DNA of 55,953 nt, filler included, from Jimgerdemannia flammicorona (lineage: Eukaryota): NCBI GenBank assembly GCA_003990765.1. It is 3 parts of 3 records of this genome, joined end to end, with 100 filler letters (N's around TTAATTAATTAA, not from the genome) between each part and the next. Parts side by side here need not be neighbours in the genome. Positions count along the whole stretch, not along the records: positions 37,373 to 55,953 come from RBNJ01002172.1; 2 more parts are not named here. One strand, given 5' to 3'. The first letter of the stretch is position 1, and every line of letters starts with the position of its first letter. The translations under genes and the position numbers were made by a program. Positions 52,140 through 55,953 of this stretch are shown here, in pieces. The notes beneath the pieces are model-generated. The model was not told where the DNA came from, made no database searches, and saw nothing but the letters and a program-made list of their open reading frames with translations.

Positions 52140-54432
52140 ACTATAGTATATGATTTGTATGAGTCTAGTTACTAATAGATGCTAATATGTATGGCTCAAT
52201 AGTGTTACTGATTATATATAGACTATTGATGTCTTTACTAGTAATATTCTGGCTTAATGTTCAGTTCAACTACTATTCAATTTTTTGTATTTCTTACATT
52301 AGATTGAAATTTGTATATCATGGGTCATTGGTTATATAACTAGATATTTAGAATAGCAAAAAGTAAAAGAATATATATTGTAGATTCTAGTATACTGATG
52401 ATTATTCTAGTATTTCTGACTAAGTTTCTAGTGAGTTTTGTAATATTTTCTGAGTCTAATGTCTTATTTCTATAGCAATTTTAACTGACTATCTTAGGTA
52501 TATAGTTCTGACTTGTATTTTGAATATGTGGTCTTGGTTGGTTATCAATTTTTGTAGTGGTATATTTAATTGACTCATTCATATATTATTCTTGAGTTTC
52601 TTAGCTAGTAGTTATTTTGTGAGTTCTTTATATTTTCTAGTAGCATTCTGATATTTTCCAGAAATAGTATTTAGCTGACTAACTTGAATTCCATAAGTCT
52701 TGATTTCTAATTTCCATGGTTTTCCATAGTGATAATTAACTGGCTGACTTGACTAGCAGTAGTAATAAGAGTGATTCATCTTCTCAATCTCTAAACTTCA
52801 TGTTCCAGATAGATATCTTAATCTCTAGAATTTATTCTTATAGCAGTATTTCCTAATCTTGTATTCAATTTTCATAGCAATAGTAAGAGTGATTTCCTTC
52901 AGCTCTTGGAGTCTTTTTCCAAAGTTCTTACACTCAACTTCTCTTATCTTTTAGAACTTAAGTTGGTATTACAAACTAATTGACTTATGTTACATACTAA
53001 TTAGCTAAGGTTTATTCACTATAGATCAGAGGGGTATTTATATATATTTCAGACTATGTGTAAGGCTGAGTAATTAGTTAAAACTTATAATTACTAAAAG
53101 ATACTATTTAGTATACTTTTGGAATTTAGATAACTAACTAACTAAAAAAGACTAGTTTTATATTTATGACAAATTTGACTAGTTAAAGTATAGTCACTGT
53201 TTGTGCAACTAACTAACTAATCCAAATATAGCTAGTTAAATATATAGTTACTAACTTACTCAAATTTGGCTAATAGAGCCATCCTTATATATCTTAAAGT
53301 TCAATATGATAAAGATTATATCATCTTCATCTTTCTTCTCATTTTCTTCAGAGAGTCTGGTCAAATTATTTTCTACATTCTCTACAGTTATGTTGGAGTT
53401 AGTGAGAGGGTCTTGGAAAGAGAAAAGAAAGTTGTAGACATCATCTTTCAGTATAATAAGTGGGTTATTATTATTCTTCAAGTTGTCTGGGGGAGTAATA
53501 TTATTCTGCTCTTAAGATCTCTAGTCAATAGTGAGATTATCTATAAAGTAGGAAATATCTATAGAGTTCTGAGAGTAGTAGACTCTTAGGGGGAGGGCTT
53601 TGAAATAGTATAATCAGACCATAGAGAAATTGATCTGAGTTATTCTCTAAAATAGAGTTCTAAAGATCTTAGACTTTATCACTTTTGACTGTAATAGTAG
53701 ATTTGGACCTCCTCAGCAACTATTTCCCCTTGAGATAGTCTGTATAACAGTTTGTCAATTCTTAAATATCAGAGATCTTGACATACTTAAGATTGAGAAT
53801 AACTCAGAGCATATATCTAAAGATCTGGTGAACTCTTCTGACCAGTTTTTGCTCATATTTATTTATATATATAATATCTCCAATTTCTTAAAAACTGATC
53901 TATAAAAACTTCTAGTAGAGGTGATGTCTTATTTTATATTTTTATCATATCTAGAGATACTTAGTGATGGTAGTAATTCTTGTTTCTATTTTCTAACAGT
54001 TGAAGATATAGTAGTAGAGATCTCTTATATAGAGGTTCAGACTAGGGGTTCTTCTTATATATAGTCTCATTACTCTCTTAATATATATTAGTGAATATTT
54101 ATTTTTAGACTAATAGACCTGGATGACTCCTTGATCTTACTGTTTAGCAGATGACAGATATTTTGTTTTATAGTAAACTTTGTAATTGATATCTTATCCT
54201 CCTTCTCTTAATACTTCTTTTATATCTTGAGAATCTGCTCCTTTGATCCAGAGTGTAAAGTCACCTAATTAGAGTAATATACTGCTAAAGTCATTATGAG
54301 TCATCATGAGTTCAGTTACAAATCATCTTATAATTGAGATGAGTCATAGTTGAATCATAACTTATAACTGGTGGCTTGCTAAGTCTAAACAGTCTTCAGG
54401 TTCTGATGTCACCAGTTTCAAAGGTGTCATCA
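52140..54432 (-). mobile_element. Second, inverted decayed copy of the Gypsy family at ~45150-47400
   Basis: The reverse complement of 54370-54432 matches ~45160-45225. ORF 53481-53260 (..LKDDVYNFL..DEDDII..LNFKIYKDGSISQI) parallels ORF 46130-46354 (..LEDDINNFL..DEDDIIPVILNFKIYENSSISQIE). Confidence 0.85.
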
Positions 54433-54548
54433 CAATACATATTTCCAAACCTTGGACAGCTCGGTACTTCCACCCCACCTACTCTATAACTGATAACCCG
54501 CACACCTCACACACCCTCGCTTCCCTTATATTATGAAAGATGCAATGT

Positions 54549-55953
54549 CTACACGCCCTCCCTCCCATCCCCACCCTTCCCTTCCGCCACTCCCACTCTC
54601 GCCTCCCTCTTCCTATACAAAATCCCTACCGAATCTACCCAATTCTTTGCAGTCCCCCACATGCCTACGAGTTCATACCTGTCCGGCGGCGCGAGGGAAC
54701 CGGGTCCACCGCCTCGGCCACCGCACCACTCAGTAGAGCGTCCCTTGGTAGTATGAATCTCGAGGCCATCTACCCAAGCGCCCGATTGGAGCGTGATTCT
54801 CTCAATTTTCTCATCGGGCGCAAGTTCCAGCTCCGTCACGCCGCCGCCCTGCGTCCCGATGATATTGGTGGTCCCGTCGGCAAAGCCGAACACGATCCCG
54901 TCGAGGAAGTCGCCGTGGTGTACGCAAATTTTTGTCAAGCGCGCACCCTGGGGCGGGAACGGCACGATCGTTTCCGCGCCATTGAGCCCACGATGACCCG
55001 CGGGGGCAGACTTGATGCACTTCCCGCCCGGGATGGTTACGACTCTATCCTTGAAGAACGCAGTCACATCACCAATGGCTGCCGAATGGGTATTGCTAGC
55101 TGTGGCCTCAATCCTAAGCCTCCCAGAGCCGGGTTTAACACCGACGCGGCGCCACAGATCATCCTCCGAAAAGGGTAAACGCGTTGGCTGGCCATTCTGA
55201 TTGGGGAATTCGATATGGGTTTTGTATCGGCCGTCGAGCTCGAACTCGACCATAACTAGGCCGGCCGCGGCGTGGATTTCCAAGCCCGAGTCGAGTGGGA
55301 TGAAGGTCGGGGTGTGGTCTTTGTGTGGACTGCGAGACAAATCTAGGGGGAGACGGAAGGAGGGATGGAAACGCAAGCGGAGAGTGTCGACGCGGTGCCT
55401 AAATGAGGGGGGTGGCGATGGCATTAAGGAGAGGTACGGTGTTTGTGTCGAAGTGGATGATCTCAAGCAAGAAAATCAAGATGCTCAAACCAATGTGCTC
55501 ACCAATGCGCCCCCGCCTCCTCATGCGGCCTGACGGGCCCGTTGAAGTGCGGCTCCTTGACCATAAAAGCTCGGTTCCAGTTATTGAAGCCGCGGCTCAT
55601 GATACCTGTGCGCAAGGTTGCCAAAATAGCGGTCAACTCGAGGGTTAAGAATGGACACATCAAATGCGCAAAAAGGGAATTGGGAATTAAAATATTGTCT
55701 CACCGGTGGCGGTGTGGGTCAGGGTGTGGGCGTGGCCGACCTCGTGGAGCTGTGATCATGGGACATGAAATGAAGAAGCGAACAGCGGGTATATTAGGGT
55801 CGATTGATGCATACGAGCCATTCAAAGATAGCAAGGGACTAAAAACAACACGGAAGGCAAGACAGAGACCCTGTCCAACCGTTCGTTGCATTGCACTAAG
55901 ATATCGTCCCCATCGGCTCGGCCCTCTCCTCCATCAAGCATGTCGCCCCAAAG
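54549..55953 (-). CDS. Putative zinc metalloprotease with C-terminal jacalin-like lectin domain (YIL108W-like), 5' end outside the window
   Basis: Exons give LHEVGHAHTLTHT (HExxH, ~55703-55750), GIMSRGFNNWNRAFMVKEP..AHW|HRVDTLRLRFHPSFRLP, and jacalin motifs (FLDGIVF, GAWVDGLEIHTTKGR, GGRGGG, ELVGMWG..WVDSVGILY). Confidence 0.85.

Overview
This is intron-rich fungal genomic DNA; the gene content and style suggest an early-diverging Mucoromycota-type fungus (inference only). Two 100-nt N gaps carry an artificial TTAATTAATTAA spacer. The left ~37 kb is gene-dense: ATG15 lipase, PalB/calpain-7, LTO1, a decayed kinase, a Rrn9-like acidic protein, flavocytochrome b2 (cut by a gap), a low-complexity hypothetical, Clr2, RNR small subunit, HRD3/SEL1L, a ricin-B lectin/CipC-like protein and a RluA-type pseudouridine synthase (cut by a gap). 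From 37.4 to 54.4 kb is a nest of transposons: a ~1.06-kb tandem unit, nested L1/Tx1-type LINE pieces, two inverted decayed Ty3/Gypsy copies and a probable hAT remnant, with graded C-to-T decay. A jacalin-metalloprotease gene runs off the right end. The standout observation is an intact type III hammerhead ribozyme on the minus strand (13411-13465). It has loop-loop complementarity, sits at the apex of a ~240-nt fold-back, and lies just downstream of a dead kinase gene. All exon boundaries, folds and family calls were read by eye.
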